A stretch of 58,999 nt of DNA, from NCBI GenBank assembly GCA_002633005.1, contig NMRA01000180.1, positions 699,995-758,993 on the forward strand, in the 5' to 3' direction. Positions 25,181 to 38,400 of the stretch are shown here, in pieces. Every line of letters starts with the position of its first letter. The first letter of the stretch is position 1. Position numbers and translations under genes: made by a program. This DNA comes from Phoronis australis (Eukaryota; Animalia; Phoronida). The notes beneath the pieces were generated by a model. That model did not search any database. It saw only the letters and a program-made list of their open reading frames with translations, and was not told the origin of the DNA.

Positions 25181-26075
25181 NNNNNNNNNNNNNNNNNNNN
25201 NNNNNNNNNNNNNNNNNNNNNNNNNNNNNNNNNNNNNNNNNNNNNNNNNNNNNNNNNNNNNNNNNNNNNNNNNNNNNNNNNNNNNNNNNNNNNNNNNNNN
25301 NNNNNNNNNNNNNNNNNNNNNNNNNNNNNNNNNNNNNNNNNNNNNNNNNNNNNNNNNNNNNNNNNNNNNNNNNNNNNNNNNNNNNNNNNNNNNNNNNNNN
25401 NNNNNNNNNNNNNNNNNNNNNNNNNNNNNNNNNNNNNNNNNNNNNNNNNNNNNNNNNNNNNNNNNNNNNNNNNNNNNNNNNNNNNNNNNNNNNNNNNNNN
25501 NNNNNNNNNNNNNNNNNNNNNNNNNNNNNNNNNNNNNNNNNNNNNNNNNNNNNNNNNNNNNNNNNNNNNNNNNNNNNNNNNNNNNNNNNNNNNNNNNNNN
25601 NNNNNNNNNNNNNNNNNNNNNNNNNNNNNNNNNNNNNNNNNNNNNNNNNNNNNNNNNNNNNNNNNNNNNNNNNNNNNNNNNNNNNNNNNNNNNNNNNNNN
25701 NNNNNNNNNNNNNNNNNNNNNNNNNNNNNNNNNNNNNNNNNNNNNNNNNNNNNNNNNNNNNNNNNNNNNNNNNNNNNNNNNNNNNNNNNNNNNNNNNNNN
25801 NNNNNNNNNNNNNNNNNNNNNNNNNNNNNNNNNNNNNNNNNNNNNNNNNNNNNNNNNNNNNNNNNNNNNNNNNNNNNNNNNNNNNNNNNNNNNNNNNNNN
25901 NNNNNNNNNNNNNNNNNNNNNNNNNNNNNNNNNNNNNNNNNNNNNNNNNNNNNNNNNNNNNNNNNNNNNNNNNNNNNNNNNNNNNNNNNNNNNNNNNNNN
26001 NNNNNNNNNNNNNNNNNNNNNNNNNNNNNNNNNNNNNNNNNNNNNNNNNNNNNNNNNNNNNNNNNNNNNNNNNNN
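25181..26075. other. Assembly gap (895 N)
   Basis: Run of N. Confidence 1.
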
Positions 26076-26800
26076 AGTTTGGGTGCTCAGGTCACCATCC
26101 AGTGGGAGTGTGTCGCGGGACACTCTGGCAAGTGGGACAGTTGTTCCTCTGTCCGTGGTATGCCGGAGGTCCACTTAACCATGTCCAGTAGTGGCTTGGC
26201 CTCGTCGAACTCTGAACAGCACAAGCATTCCATTGACGTAGGCATAACAACGCACACAGTGCATTTGCACCAAGATTTGTCACCACGTCTGTCCTCATTA
26301 GCCGCCTCGCTTCTCTCAACAGCTGCCTGTGCCTGTGCGTACTCTGCCTCGTTATACTCGGGCTCAAACATGTACCCACCCATTGAATGTCCGTCACCAC
26401 TGCTGTGAATAAGGTCTCCGTCACTCACACTACTGTCACTGTGATACGGGTCACCGACTCCAGCCATTTTCAGCTTACAACACACTAAACAATCCCTAAA
26501 TCCAACGTAGTTGAGTTCTCTACTATTCTATCTTGCCGCAGAATACTCGCCGATGGAAAGTGATGGCGACAATTGTTGAAAAACAGCACAAAACAAAAGT
26601 AGAATAGAACAGATTCGCACGGTAAAGTCAACGCAAAACCAAGTGGCGGGAAACGCTTGCCTCCTAAAACGTCACTTCCGGAGTAGCGGACGAGTAATTT
26701 ATAAAATTACGAAAAGCTGTAATTAAGTGGAAAATACGTCTAGGATAACCAACCAACCTTATTTTAGCGCAAATGACATGGAAAAGGGTTGCCTTCGCCT
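26076..26800 (-). mobile_element. Kolobok-like DNA transposon end carrying a P2X7-ballast/KolX-like ORF; other end lost in the gap
   Basis: Terminus ...GGTTGCCTTCGCCT followed by TTAA (26801-26804); about 170-bp terminal region homologous to both ends of the 33220-34432 element. Confidence 0.7.
26087..26467 (-). pseudogene. P2X7 cytoplasmic (ballast)/KolX-like Cys-rich protein fragment, transposon-borne
   Basis: MAGVGDPYHSD...YMFEPEY...WCKCTVCVVMPTSMECLCCSE matches the YxFEP + WCxCxxCxxMPTxxECxCCxE pattern; early stop just before the gap. Confidence 0.75.
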
Positions 26801-29259
26801 TTAATGTCCGCCGCGTGAATAGAGTCTACAGCCAATCATGACACCAAGTCGGTCAAAGGTCGCAAGCTAGTGCACTAGTAACTCGCGCCACAGCATTACT
26901 TGTCAAGTTTGTATTAAATCATCAGTAACTGGGAAGTCTGGAATTCACGAGATTGGAAGCTGGGTTACCAGGTTCAAAGATGACTATTAGCTTGTACACT
27001 GCACCAAAACAACAGTCAATGAAGGCCGGTCTGATCGGCTGCCCATGACCGCATGCTTACATTGTCTCGTAATCGGGCTACCAAATCGCTTACTACTAAT
27101 ATTCAGATGCTTGCCAATACGTATTAATGTGCGGAATCTACTCCTTCGTAAGAGTAGAATAAGACGAAAGACAGCGTCTTTAATGAAACCCTATTAGAAA
27201 CTCTATCTTTGACGGTGAACACCATAATCTTGCACTGGTCTTTAGTTGTTAAGTGTTAATGAGGCAACGAAATCCAACACAGGAATGATCGTGTTCACCT
27301 TATCATTATGCCAGCCAAAATAACCAATGCAAACCGTTGAATCGGTGAAACACGCTACTGCTGTGTTCACGGGTATAATTGCAGCCATAAATTCTTCTAC
27401 AGTACAAGCGACAATTGTAAAATTATGTCTAAAATCCAACGTTATTCCAACTTCGAATGTATTCCAAAGATCTCCCCGGTTTGGAAATGGACACAACAAA
27501 GTTTCTTACTGGTTGTGAGACAACCTGTCCTCAGGGCAATTTCTATTAACACTGTTTCCTACAACATTGAGTGCAGAGTCTGATCCATTTTCTGAGCACT
27601 AGGGACGTGGATATTTTTTCGAAAATCGGATGGAATAAAGATCAGTAAGCTTTGAAAACTTCTGGTCGTCCCTTAAGAACCGTTCTACGACAAAATCAAA
27701 ACAAATAAAAAATCACTATAGAGGTCATCTTTAGGTTCAACTTAAACTTTGTGTATGTGATTGCGGTGTGGCTCTGATACAAAAATCACCAATTTTTCTC
27801 TTATTGACTTTTAATTGTTTTACCTTTAGGCCTTCAAAGGTTCGCGAAGAAAATGACACGTTTTTGCATACTGAAATTTACCTACTTTTGGCACTCCAGT
27901 AGAGGTTAACGGACAGTCCTTTAAAAATGCAAAGACTGTCTTCTGATAGGGAGGTTCAATGTCTACATAAAAGTCATAAAGATATTTTCTTTCTCGTTCT
28001 TAAAGCAACTTCACTAACTGAACCTTTTGAACGAAAATGGGCTATTTTGAGCCAAACTACATATCTCACCAAGATGTATGAGCATGCAATTGTTTTTCAA
28101 GATTTGAGTCGGGTGACCTTAGAATCGACAGTTGATATCTACGGCAAATGTTTGGCAAAATGAATTTTACCACAAACTTGACTCAAAAATGAAGGATGTG
28201 CTGAACAGGCCAAACAACTGTGGATGGCCACTAATTGTCGCATAATAAGACAAATCCGTATGAAAATGGGAAGGTGACGTCATGTCTTCAATAGAAAACC
28301 TTTAATGTCAAAATTTCAGAAAATCCATCAACAAACACTGCAAATATGGAGGCAGACGTAAACAAAACAACTAAAATTGTCTCTTGAGATGGTCTGGTCT
28401 ATCCGAAACTCGTAGTCAGCTGTTGCTGTTTGCACAAGAACACAACTGGCGAATCTCATCTAGATACTGCAAGGGGTTTAGGAGATAGAGCAGCGAAAGA
28501 GGACGACGAAAGCCCAGATGCCACGACCCCAGATAAAGATGGCTGTAATACGCTCCCACGATGGGCGCTTGAAAATGTGTTTCTCGGTCGTAAAACCGAT
28601 AATGTCACGGTTTGATCTAAATCCTTCCGAGGTGAGTAAGGCACATGTGAAGACCACTAAGTAATGTCACTCTACAATTTAATTTTCAGCATTCAAACTG
28701 TGTCTGTCAACTGTAATATTTTCTGTTAATTTTCTTGATCGACAGTTCAGTAAAATCATTTGTTGCAAAGCACTGTCATAAAAAGAAGAAACTATCGTGC
28801 ACATTTGTGTGCGTGACAATTTGACATAACACTAATTAATACGAAACAAAAAGCATAGAACATTTCCCAGGAACTTGACAAGTTTTGTCTACTGTTTTTG
28901 TTATCTTGGGCTAAACCTTATCACACTAAAACACGCACCAAAGTTATATTTTCGCTTAATTCCCAAATAAATACGCCTAAAACAGCATATGTCGTGTAGA
29001 AATAAATCTTACCGTTAGAAATGTTGTATGAAATCACACACAAAATTTAAACGAAAATATTGTCACATTCTCCAATTAGCTGGTTTCAATAAACGGATGA
29101 CTACATGGAAGGTGAATGCTTCCAATACAAAAAAGTTAAAATATTAAGTTCCTTTAAATGAAAGGAATGATAAGATACATTGTAAATATCCACCAAGGAC
29201 ATAGTTGATCAACGTAAACATACATTGATTTTGTTTACTTAAGGCAGTTAGCAAATTAC

Positions 29260-29439
29260 TTAGGCAGCAATACTGGATGGGATCCTTTTAGGGAGAAGAT
29301 ACAAATACTGAAATTCTCTATTGTTGTTTCTGGCCTCGATCTTTTTTGTAATTTCGTCAAGCCTCTTTTTCAAATTCGCCTGGGACGCAATGGCCTCATC
29401 CTCTGCAAATATGTCATCTGGAAACTCACCAAGGTACAC
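29260..29439 (-). CDS. LOX-B last coding exon
   Basis: VYLGEFPDDIF...YLYLLPKRIPSSIAA*; 180 nt. Confidence 0.94.
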   Translation of the reverse strand: MYLGEFPDDIFAEDEAIASQANLKKRLDEITKKIEARNNNREFQYLYLLPKRIPSSIAA

Positions 29440-32400
29440 CTGCAATGTTATCCAAGTTACTCGATTAGTAATTTTTCCACCAATGTTAACGCAACTTACA
29501 TTGCACCAAACAATGCCAAGAGAGGCTGAATACAGTCCTCTGTCCGATATCTATGTTGTTCGAAAACAAAGGAAAAATTGACACAAGTCTTCCCTCGACT
29601 ATAGACCATGACATGAACATGAAAAATTCCATGCGAAACACCAACGCGTTCAAAGCTGCCAACGAGTGGAAAATCCAAAAGCCTGAAATGGTTGACAAGG
29701 ATTAGTCATAACGCTGAAATCCATTGAAGACTTTCCTAATAATTTCCATATTTTGAGATTAAATTATGTTGGCACCGGTGTTCATCAATTCATTTCTATT
29801 CAAGGCCTTCACAAATGTCCTCAGCCTGACGTGTATTGTCAATCTTGTAGCGCCGGATTTCAACCAATTGCGAAATGGCTGTTCATTGGAAGACTTGAAA
29901 TTTCCTAAAATTCGATCAAAACAATCAAAACATTCTTTATGAACACAAGGCGGGTGTATACCCCTACAAGTCGGAACACCGTCATTCCCTCAGACACTTT
30001 TAAAAAACATCCCTGACGGTACAAAGTAACGTCAGTCCAGTCGAAGTAACCCTTATAAGTATATAGGGCCTACATCAGCAACAGTATACATGCGGAATTC
30101 ACACGGTTTAATACAATGCTATTCTAAACGGTGACCATACCATATCAGTTAGCTATAAAACTGAATTCTATGTTCCTCACCTCTCTATCGGTATATCTGG
30201 TGAGAGCATACGTAATGGCGGCTGCTGCTGTAGTTAGCATCTTATCCGGTAATGCTGCCATGATGTCCACCATTTCGACGTTAAACTTCCGCTACAGGAC
30301 AGTTGAAACTTAGATATTATTATAACATCGCTAAATGAAACTACACCTCTGCAAGAATAGAAAGCAAATGCTGAGGTCATGTCTCTTGATTTTGAGAACG
30401 TGCACTTATTAATACTATTTCCGCTTCATTTTTGTTAAACACATCATGAAAAAGATCTTTACGCAAACCATTTTGCTCGAAATCTTTGCCCAATCAAAGA
30501 TCTTCGAACATGACGTTGATTTTTACCAATGTAAACTGAATTTAACACAGATTTGTTTAGCTTAGTTACTTGTCTAAATATACTGCACCAATAAAAAAGA
30601 TGACCGACGAAGTGTCAATCGAAATTTTGCTTTTGAGGAACGCTGTGCAGGCAAATCATGTCGTAAGCTTGAGCTTAGAATTCTGCTCAATTTCAAGATC
30701 GCATATGCGCGAAATTGCTGTACCCGAGTAAGCTTAGCAAGTTTACTCAAACAATCGGGTTCACGTTGAGAAAAGTTGCAGTGCACTAAACCAAATTACA
30801 CGTTAATGAACTAAAAAATATACATTTTAACCAATCTGTATTGTTTTTTTTAACTGCTGGCTATCTTATTCACCAAGCAACAGTTTATTAACCATCCACA
30901 AATTCCTCTAAATTCAATGACACACATTCCGGTGCATAAGAAATTGGGTGATATTTGGGTCAATAATTACAAAAATTTCTTTAGACTGAACACAAAATTT
31001 CGAGTCGACATTGATCTATCTTTTGAAATTTCCATGTCAGAGGGCACTGTTAAAGTAGTCCCGGGAGTGCAGAACGGAAAACATTTACATGGCCGTGTCG
31101 CACTGGACTTATTCAACGCGTATGGGAAACGATTATATGACGGCGTATCTTTACACGATCCATTTTATTCGTGAAACACGATTTAGTAGCACTTACATCT
31201 GGTGGTGGCTGGCGAAGGGCGAGAGGATACGCTGCCGGGAAAGAAAAGTGTTGGAACTGCCCAAAGTTGACCGCAGCGTGTTGGCAGGAGCAGTTGAATA
31301 TGACCATGGTGACCAAGGTGATCAGGTCACTCACTGTACGAATACTGTCTGGACACTGCTTGTCAAGGTCCCCTTCATCAGATGGGAAGGCCTTGGTATG
31401 AAGCTGAAACAAATGCCCGTCTATTCAAGAGATGTAAAAGTCTTATTGATTAATCTACGAGAACCAATGTTAGTATGGAGTGCGTTTTACTACCATGTGA
31501 TGAAGTTTAACTCACTTAAGCTACTAACCACCAACTAGTAACTCAACATTTTAGTACCTCAATCTTTTATTAGTTTGGTCATGTGACTGGCAAATTTTGG
31601 AGATTGAGAAGACTTCAAGTGAACTCCAGTCAGGTTCAACAACGTTCTTACAAATCCCAGAAGCCAACTTTAAGCTAGATAACGAGCAGATTGGAGTCAT
31701 TTGTAACAGGGAAATTAACTGAATTTATAGGGGCTTCATTCAGTGTAATTTCAGACCATTGGGGACCTTGGGTGTCGTAGGGATGAGTTCTGACACCAAC
31801 AATAGATGACAATGTTCTTAGGAATGAGTCCACCACCCCCCGTAAAGTTGCCTATACTGACAGTAGTAGTTACAAGAACCAGCACTTCATAACTCTGAAG
31901 TCGGAACTCAAGACTTGGATTTTTACCTCTTTCATAAAGTTTTGCAATTCGACGTCGGTTTCCACGTCTGCGTCAGATTTGTAATAGACGGTAACCATCT
32001 GACGTGAATATTCCAAGATGGCGTCCCAAAGCAGCAGCGCGTCATCACGGTAGTGGTAGTTGGGAAGGAGTTCGGCGTCGTCGACACCACGACTAGCGAG
32101 TTCATTAGGAAGGTTAAGGCTGCTCCACTGGAACCGCTTGCGGTAGAGGGTTTTGAGGAGTTCAACATGATTGCCATCTAGAAATATAATAGCGAATGTA
32201 GCCCCTGGAGGATAGAATTAGTATGATGCAAGTAACAGTACAAAGAACGCGGAGCAACAAAATAACTCATTATAATACTGATCGTGAAGAAAATTTCAAA
32301 AACAAAGAGGTTACGTAAAAGCGGCCTGCAGTGTAGAAATACTTCTTATATAGTAGTTAGAAGCAAGCTCACTCGAGAGGAAGTTCGTCCATTTCCGTGT

Positions 32401-35400
32401 GACGTTATCACTCACATTACTACCGGTACGCATAATAAAATCAGCTTTTGCAACTTATGCGGTGGGTTAACCATATTTCGGAATAAATTTAGATAACCCC
32501 GGCACTTGGGCTATCTCTTCAAACTCCAAGGCTATGTTGATAGGCAGTGATATCTTAGCAATCGTCTCCATCGCATCTCCAGTTCACCGTATTTGCACAC
32601 TTTGAACTAAGAACTAGTTCAGAGACCGCAGTCTTTGACTTGTTCTTCATACCACTCGCTGATTGGCTAAATTTCTTAGTTCAACTAGAACTGAAATCGC
32701 GCATTGTCTCGAGATTGGGCATGCGTGAACTCGACTCTTTAGGGTAACTAAATCCATCTCGACTAATAAATGTTTTGTAAGCTTTAAAATGAGAACTAGA
32801 TCAGATAAAATCTGTATTTTTTTGCACAGCTAACAAATTTTCATGTCAATAATTCCCCAAAATACAGCAACATGCCTGTTCTTGAAGCAGCTTGAACGTG
32901 CTCGGAATTTTAAGTTAATATAACTTAACACACGACATATCAACCAAAAAATGATCAAGAAGAATGTTGTAATCATGTTGGTTTCCCGCTGGCCAGGTTT
33001 TGTATCAGGCTCTCCAGACTTGTGTATTTCCCTCTCCTGCGTTAGCATTTTCTCTACTTTTTCGATGGAAGACAAGGCAACAGAACTTAACAGAATTACA
33101 TACAATTGGGCAGCGACGAAGAGCAATATGACAATTACAGATTAACCACGATGACAGACTCTTGCAGCACATGATTTATATTTACACAAGAGCAAAGGTT
33201 TCACAGTGCGTGCATTTAAAGGAGAAAAAAACCCCTTTCTTTGTGATTTTTGTAAAAATACAGTTTGTTCATTATCCCAGCCATGTTTTTGAGTTAATTC
33301 CTGTAATTTAAGTACTAAGTTATGACCTATTCTAGAGGGGGTCTTTAGGGGGTTTAGAATTTCCCCCATTTTGTTTAAGCGTTCGATTTTACTTTGAAAA
33401 TCTGTTCAACTGCTGTTTTCGTGCTGGTTTCCTAAAACTGTGGTCACCACTTGCCATCGACGAGTATTCTACGACAAGCTAGGTTGTTGGAGAACTCAAT
33501 TACGTTAGATTTAGGGGTCGTTCAGTTTGCAGCAGTCTGAAAATGGCTGAACTCGGCGACCCATATCACAGTGACGTGAGTGACAGAGCCATTGTTCAAA
33601 GCAGAGGTGTCGAGGATTTTTTTCACGAACAGTCACACACCTGACACCTTCTAAATACCTCCAGTACTTTAGTTAAGTCCCCAATAAACTTATCAAAATT
33701 TGGATAACTGGCCTGTTCACTGGACAACGAACTGTCCTCATTGGGTAACGAACTGGGCGTGTATTCATTCTCACTACTCATCATTGCTGAAGGTTGCTTA
33801 CATACTCTGCTGGAGACAACACGGGCACAGGGCGAATCACTATTAGTTCCTGGAATTTCAAGCTTTGGGATACGTTAGGAGGCATGGGTGGCAATAGCTG
33901 AAAGGCCTCGAGTCACTGTAGAGGACACAGCGGTATGAAACTCTTTTTCAGGCGTTGTTTTGCACGAACCTTCATCATTTGCGTGTACATATCTGACGGT
34001 AGGCAAATGCTTGCGGAACACTCTCCACTGCTTTGTACGTTGTGTGGACTGCTAACATTGCGTTCTTCACACGAACGAGCAAAGTACATCAGAGTGTGTC
34101 ATCCGTCGGAAATCGCTTTAATGGCATACCGAAAGTGGGCGTGAGACGATAATGAGTACATCCCGGTACGGAGCAACCATGCGGTATGTTGATTCACGAC
34201 GACCGACATTATCAAAACCGAGGTAAAACAATGACTGACTCGACAGTTCACACAGTCAGACTATATGAAAACAAAATGGCGGGAAATTCTAAACCCCCTA
34301 AACGTCACCTCCGAAATATGGCATGACTAATTAATCAAATTGCAGGAAGCCCTAATTAACTGAAAAATATGTCTGGGATAATCAACGAATAGTATTTTTA
34401 CTAAAAATGACACGAACAGGTTGCTTTATCCGTTAAAAAACAATAACGTGCAGACTTTAGCTTTGATGACTAGGCCAAATTCCCTTTGAGTTTTAGTGCA
34501 ACGAAAGCAGGATGTCGTGAAAATGTTCAATCGTTCTGGCGTTTAAGGTAAGATTGATACGATTTTTTAAAAAGTGTGCTGCTTGGAAAGGTGTTTCCTC
34601 CATGACAAAAAAGTGGCAAGGAGTTTTCATCGCTTGAATACAGCGTGCAGTGAAGTAAGTGGTGAGTGGTCACAATTGAGGACAGAAATTTAATCTTCAA
34701 TGCATACGCCTGCATGGTTTTAAGCCATTTGAAAAAAGTTTTAGCTCCTTAGAATTCCGTTAAAAAAGACGAAGGTCCGAATTGACGGCAAAAAGGTTTC
34801 TCAAGTTTATATTAATTATAACATCGTACAGACGAACATATTAGCGAATGAGGGTAGTTAGAAATGCCTCAACAAACAGCAGGTTACAGCGGGATTCATT
34901 GCCGAATCCACGTGGCAGCAGCTGGCCACCGTTGTTTCGCGAAAAATTTCCACTGAGTGTTTAAGAAATAGTATCAACTTGATTCAGACCCTTGGAATAC
35001 GTTACACTTTACATCCCTTATCTTCTTCACTTATTAACAGTTCCGCATCCCTCTTCCCAGCTATCTGCTTCCCATCACTCTTGAGCTGTTCTGTTTTAGT
35101 GATTCACGAAGCATCGAAACGTAGAGGACAGTGACAGAAAACGGCAGGAAATCAGTGCATAGGTTAAAAGGCGAATGCAGCCGATGGACATAGCAATAGT
35201 GCTGAAAGCAGGTTAAAATGAGTATGCGTTCAGCATACTGTACAGAATATTGTCATATTATGACGATGGATTCTCGCATACTTACTTCCAGAAATGGAGA
35301 GAGTATTATCAGTGGTGCTACCTGGAGCAACGCTTCTCAGGTCTCCAAGGGTGTTGATGGCAATTGTGAAGCGAGTGTGTGGTATAATGACCTTGTACAT

Positions 35401-38400
35401 GGGGTGAACGGAGGGAAGGTTTCGCAGCAAAGTGATTGCTACCGCTTCTCCCACGAAATGTGTTCTCAACAAATGAGTTCCCATTTGATGTATCTGGCTA
35501 TCGGCGTTCTTCGCATACAGCTTGGACATGGTCCACCCCATACCGTCCTCTGGGGTCCAGATTGGTCCGTCAAGTTGGTCTAGCTTGATAGCGATGGGTA
35601 CCAGATGACCGGATGGACGCACGTAAAGGAGTACCATTGCATTGGCACAGAAACGAGTGTCCTCACCATGTCTAAATCTCCCAAGTCCAACCAAGTCTTC
35701 ATAGTTCAGAATGTAGACGTACCCTTTCTGTAAAGAAAACGGCGTAAGATCTGAGATTTCGAGCTCATTCCAAGCAGCCAAATACTCAGCGATTACACCA
35801 CGTATTAGGACTCAGTGATCAAACTTTGAGTTGTCTCTGCGTATCCGAATTGTAGACGGTCGAAGGAGAGATGAAAATCTGGTGACGATCGAAATTTCGA
35901 GATGAGACTTGTAATCAAAGCCTTCAAGGTAGGATCATTAAGTGAGTGAAATAATATAACTCACCTTGAATAAGAATAAAAATAGTAGTGTCGAATCAAA
36001 TATCGAGTACAAAGCATCTTATAGCCAGTAGAGTATGTCAAATTTACCAAAACCGCCCACGAAAAGATAATAATCCCTTATAAGACCACAGCTACAAAAT
36101 GAAAAAAGCAAACCATAGAAGAGTTGTTGACAAATGGTGAATGCCCAGCGTATGCCAGTGAATAAGACAAACCTGCATTTCTTCCTCAAGAGTAAGATCA
36201 CGTTGTAGAGATGTCTTAACCATTTTGTCGGTCACAGGGAAATTACTCGGCAGTTTGGAACATCTCCTGATGAGAGTGGGATTGGGTCCACTCAAAAACA
36301 GGTTGCCGAATACGGTGTCGTCATCCCATCTCTCCACGTAAAATTTCTGAAACGCCAAATCCTCAGCCGAGGAACACCTGATGGGTAGAAAATCGACATA
36401 CCATGATCATGATACAGTACAGCTAAATAGAATTTTTAGGTTGAGTTTCACAGGACGATTTGTGAGGTCTGGACAAAACGAATTAGTAAGCATCAGTGAG
36501 AGCTGGATCGAGAGGAGACCTTGGGACGCTTCACTTAATAACATATGAAGCACTCATTAAGTCTGCATCAAAAGTGATAACAGCCGGTTTGGCAATAACT
36601 TTTGCCACTTTTACAATACGTTCAAACGTTTGGTTTTAAATCGAAACATCAATAGTGGAAGCTTACGCTTACCGATATGGCGATGGTGTTTTGAGTTAAA
36701 CCGCAACGTTTAGATTAATGTTTGTATATATTGAACACACGAAATTGAATATTGTTATAGCACGAGTTATCTAATTTGTGGCACTTTAAGGGCGATTTTG
36801 ATCATTTAAAAACTTAATAGAAACGGTTTTAAGGAAGTATCTTACTGCAACCATGAGAACATTTGAAGCTCCTGAAAATGGCGCCAAATTACCTCATCGC
36901 AATATCAGCCAAGTATTCCGGTTTGTCCCATGTGTAAATCTTCTCTACAATAGAACTGGCTCCAAACATCTTAACTGCTAAGTCAAAATTTCCCTGTGAC
37001 AATAGAAGATATGTTTCTAGAAATACACGATAAAACCTGATTCGGCGAAGAACCTTAGTAAGATTGTATTGTAAATTGAGCACATATTGCATGTGGTCAT
37101 TAATGATACTTGGTGCAATTTTGTCTGAAGATGGAGAACAGTCGATTGGAAACATTTACGTCTTAGCAGAGAGCAAATATTAAAGACTCACGCATCGCTA
37201 ATGAAATCAACATTTCAACAGAAAATTGCAAAGAATCAACTTAGCGGGTATGAATGTTTTCCTTAAAGCACTCGTTCCATACAGCGGCCTAAAGACGAAA
37301 TACCTCATCTTTGGACCACCTTAGGTAGAAATATGTAATTAGGAACGCTAACAGCGGGGTGTTGTAGTAAAATTAATGCAGCAGTTTAACTGTTCTCACA
37401 TACAAATAAATCTCACATGTGCCCGAGTTGCGCACTAAACAAAAGCTCATTCGTTGTTATTGTCAAAAGACTGAGATCCTGACAGCGATCGCTGATTGGC
37501 TTATTAGTCAGTGACGTGGCTGGTGAGGCCTCGACTGCCAATCACCTATATTGTGGTGTCATATTGTGAAGAGTTAACATCGTATTTTAACATTGTATCA
37601 GTCGTTCTTATTTTTTACTGTTTGCTACAGTGCTGTAGAAGTTTCGCCATGTATTTTTCCATTGCATGGCTCCTGATAGGCTAGGCTCCTGGTTGTTCGA
37701 ACTCTTGGAAAAAGGTGTCTTCTGAGCAGAGGGACACCGCATACCATCGTCGGGTTGCCCAAGCCTCAGCCCAAAGTTGTTTACTGAATATACAGGTTTG
37801 CGCCGATATGGGTAAAAAATGGACAACCAGGTTCCCAGAGTAAACTAACTAATTTACCGGTGTTGGAAAAGTTAGTTATCGTTAATCGGCTGCTGCTAAA
37901 ATTGTGATGCGTTCTCTTGAGTCGGCTTTTGGCGATTAGTTTACCTGAATTTTACCAGTTTCTTTTCCACCCAATTCTTTTATCACCTGTTCTTCGCTGC
38001 CGGCACCTAGGTTCCATATCACAACAAATTATCAGAACTTGTGTCATTTCGTTAAGAGTTTTTAGTATTTTAATTCCATTAAACCGAATTTTAGAGCAAA
38101 CCTTGCTGCTGCGAAACTATCATCATCTCCCGGAAGACGTCGCAAAACTTTTGGAAAATGCGCTTGCGCCGTGTCACGAACGTGCTGTATTTAAAACGGA
38201 CGATACACTTTTCTTTGTTACAAAAGGCGGCGAATTATGCTAGAAAATGACGTTAATTTGATTGTTTTCCATTACAACGAACAAGGTGAGTGTCGGTTGA
38301 CTACCAGATTTTGCATGCATCCGTTAGTTTTGTTGACGTAAGTTTTACGACGTGGTGCCGAGCATAAGTAAACTATACCCGGGTAGTCAACGAGCTGTGT

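Noticed and set aside
24975-26178. Long 364-aa and 399-aa ORFs in the track
   Set aside because: Artefacts of translating through the 895-N gap.
26087-26467. Genuine P2X7 receptor gene
   Set aside because: No channel or transmembrane exons, and the ORF lies inside transposon termini.
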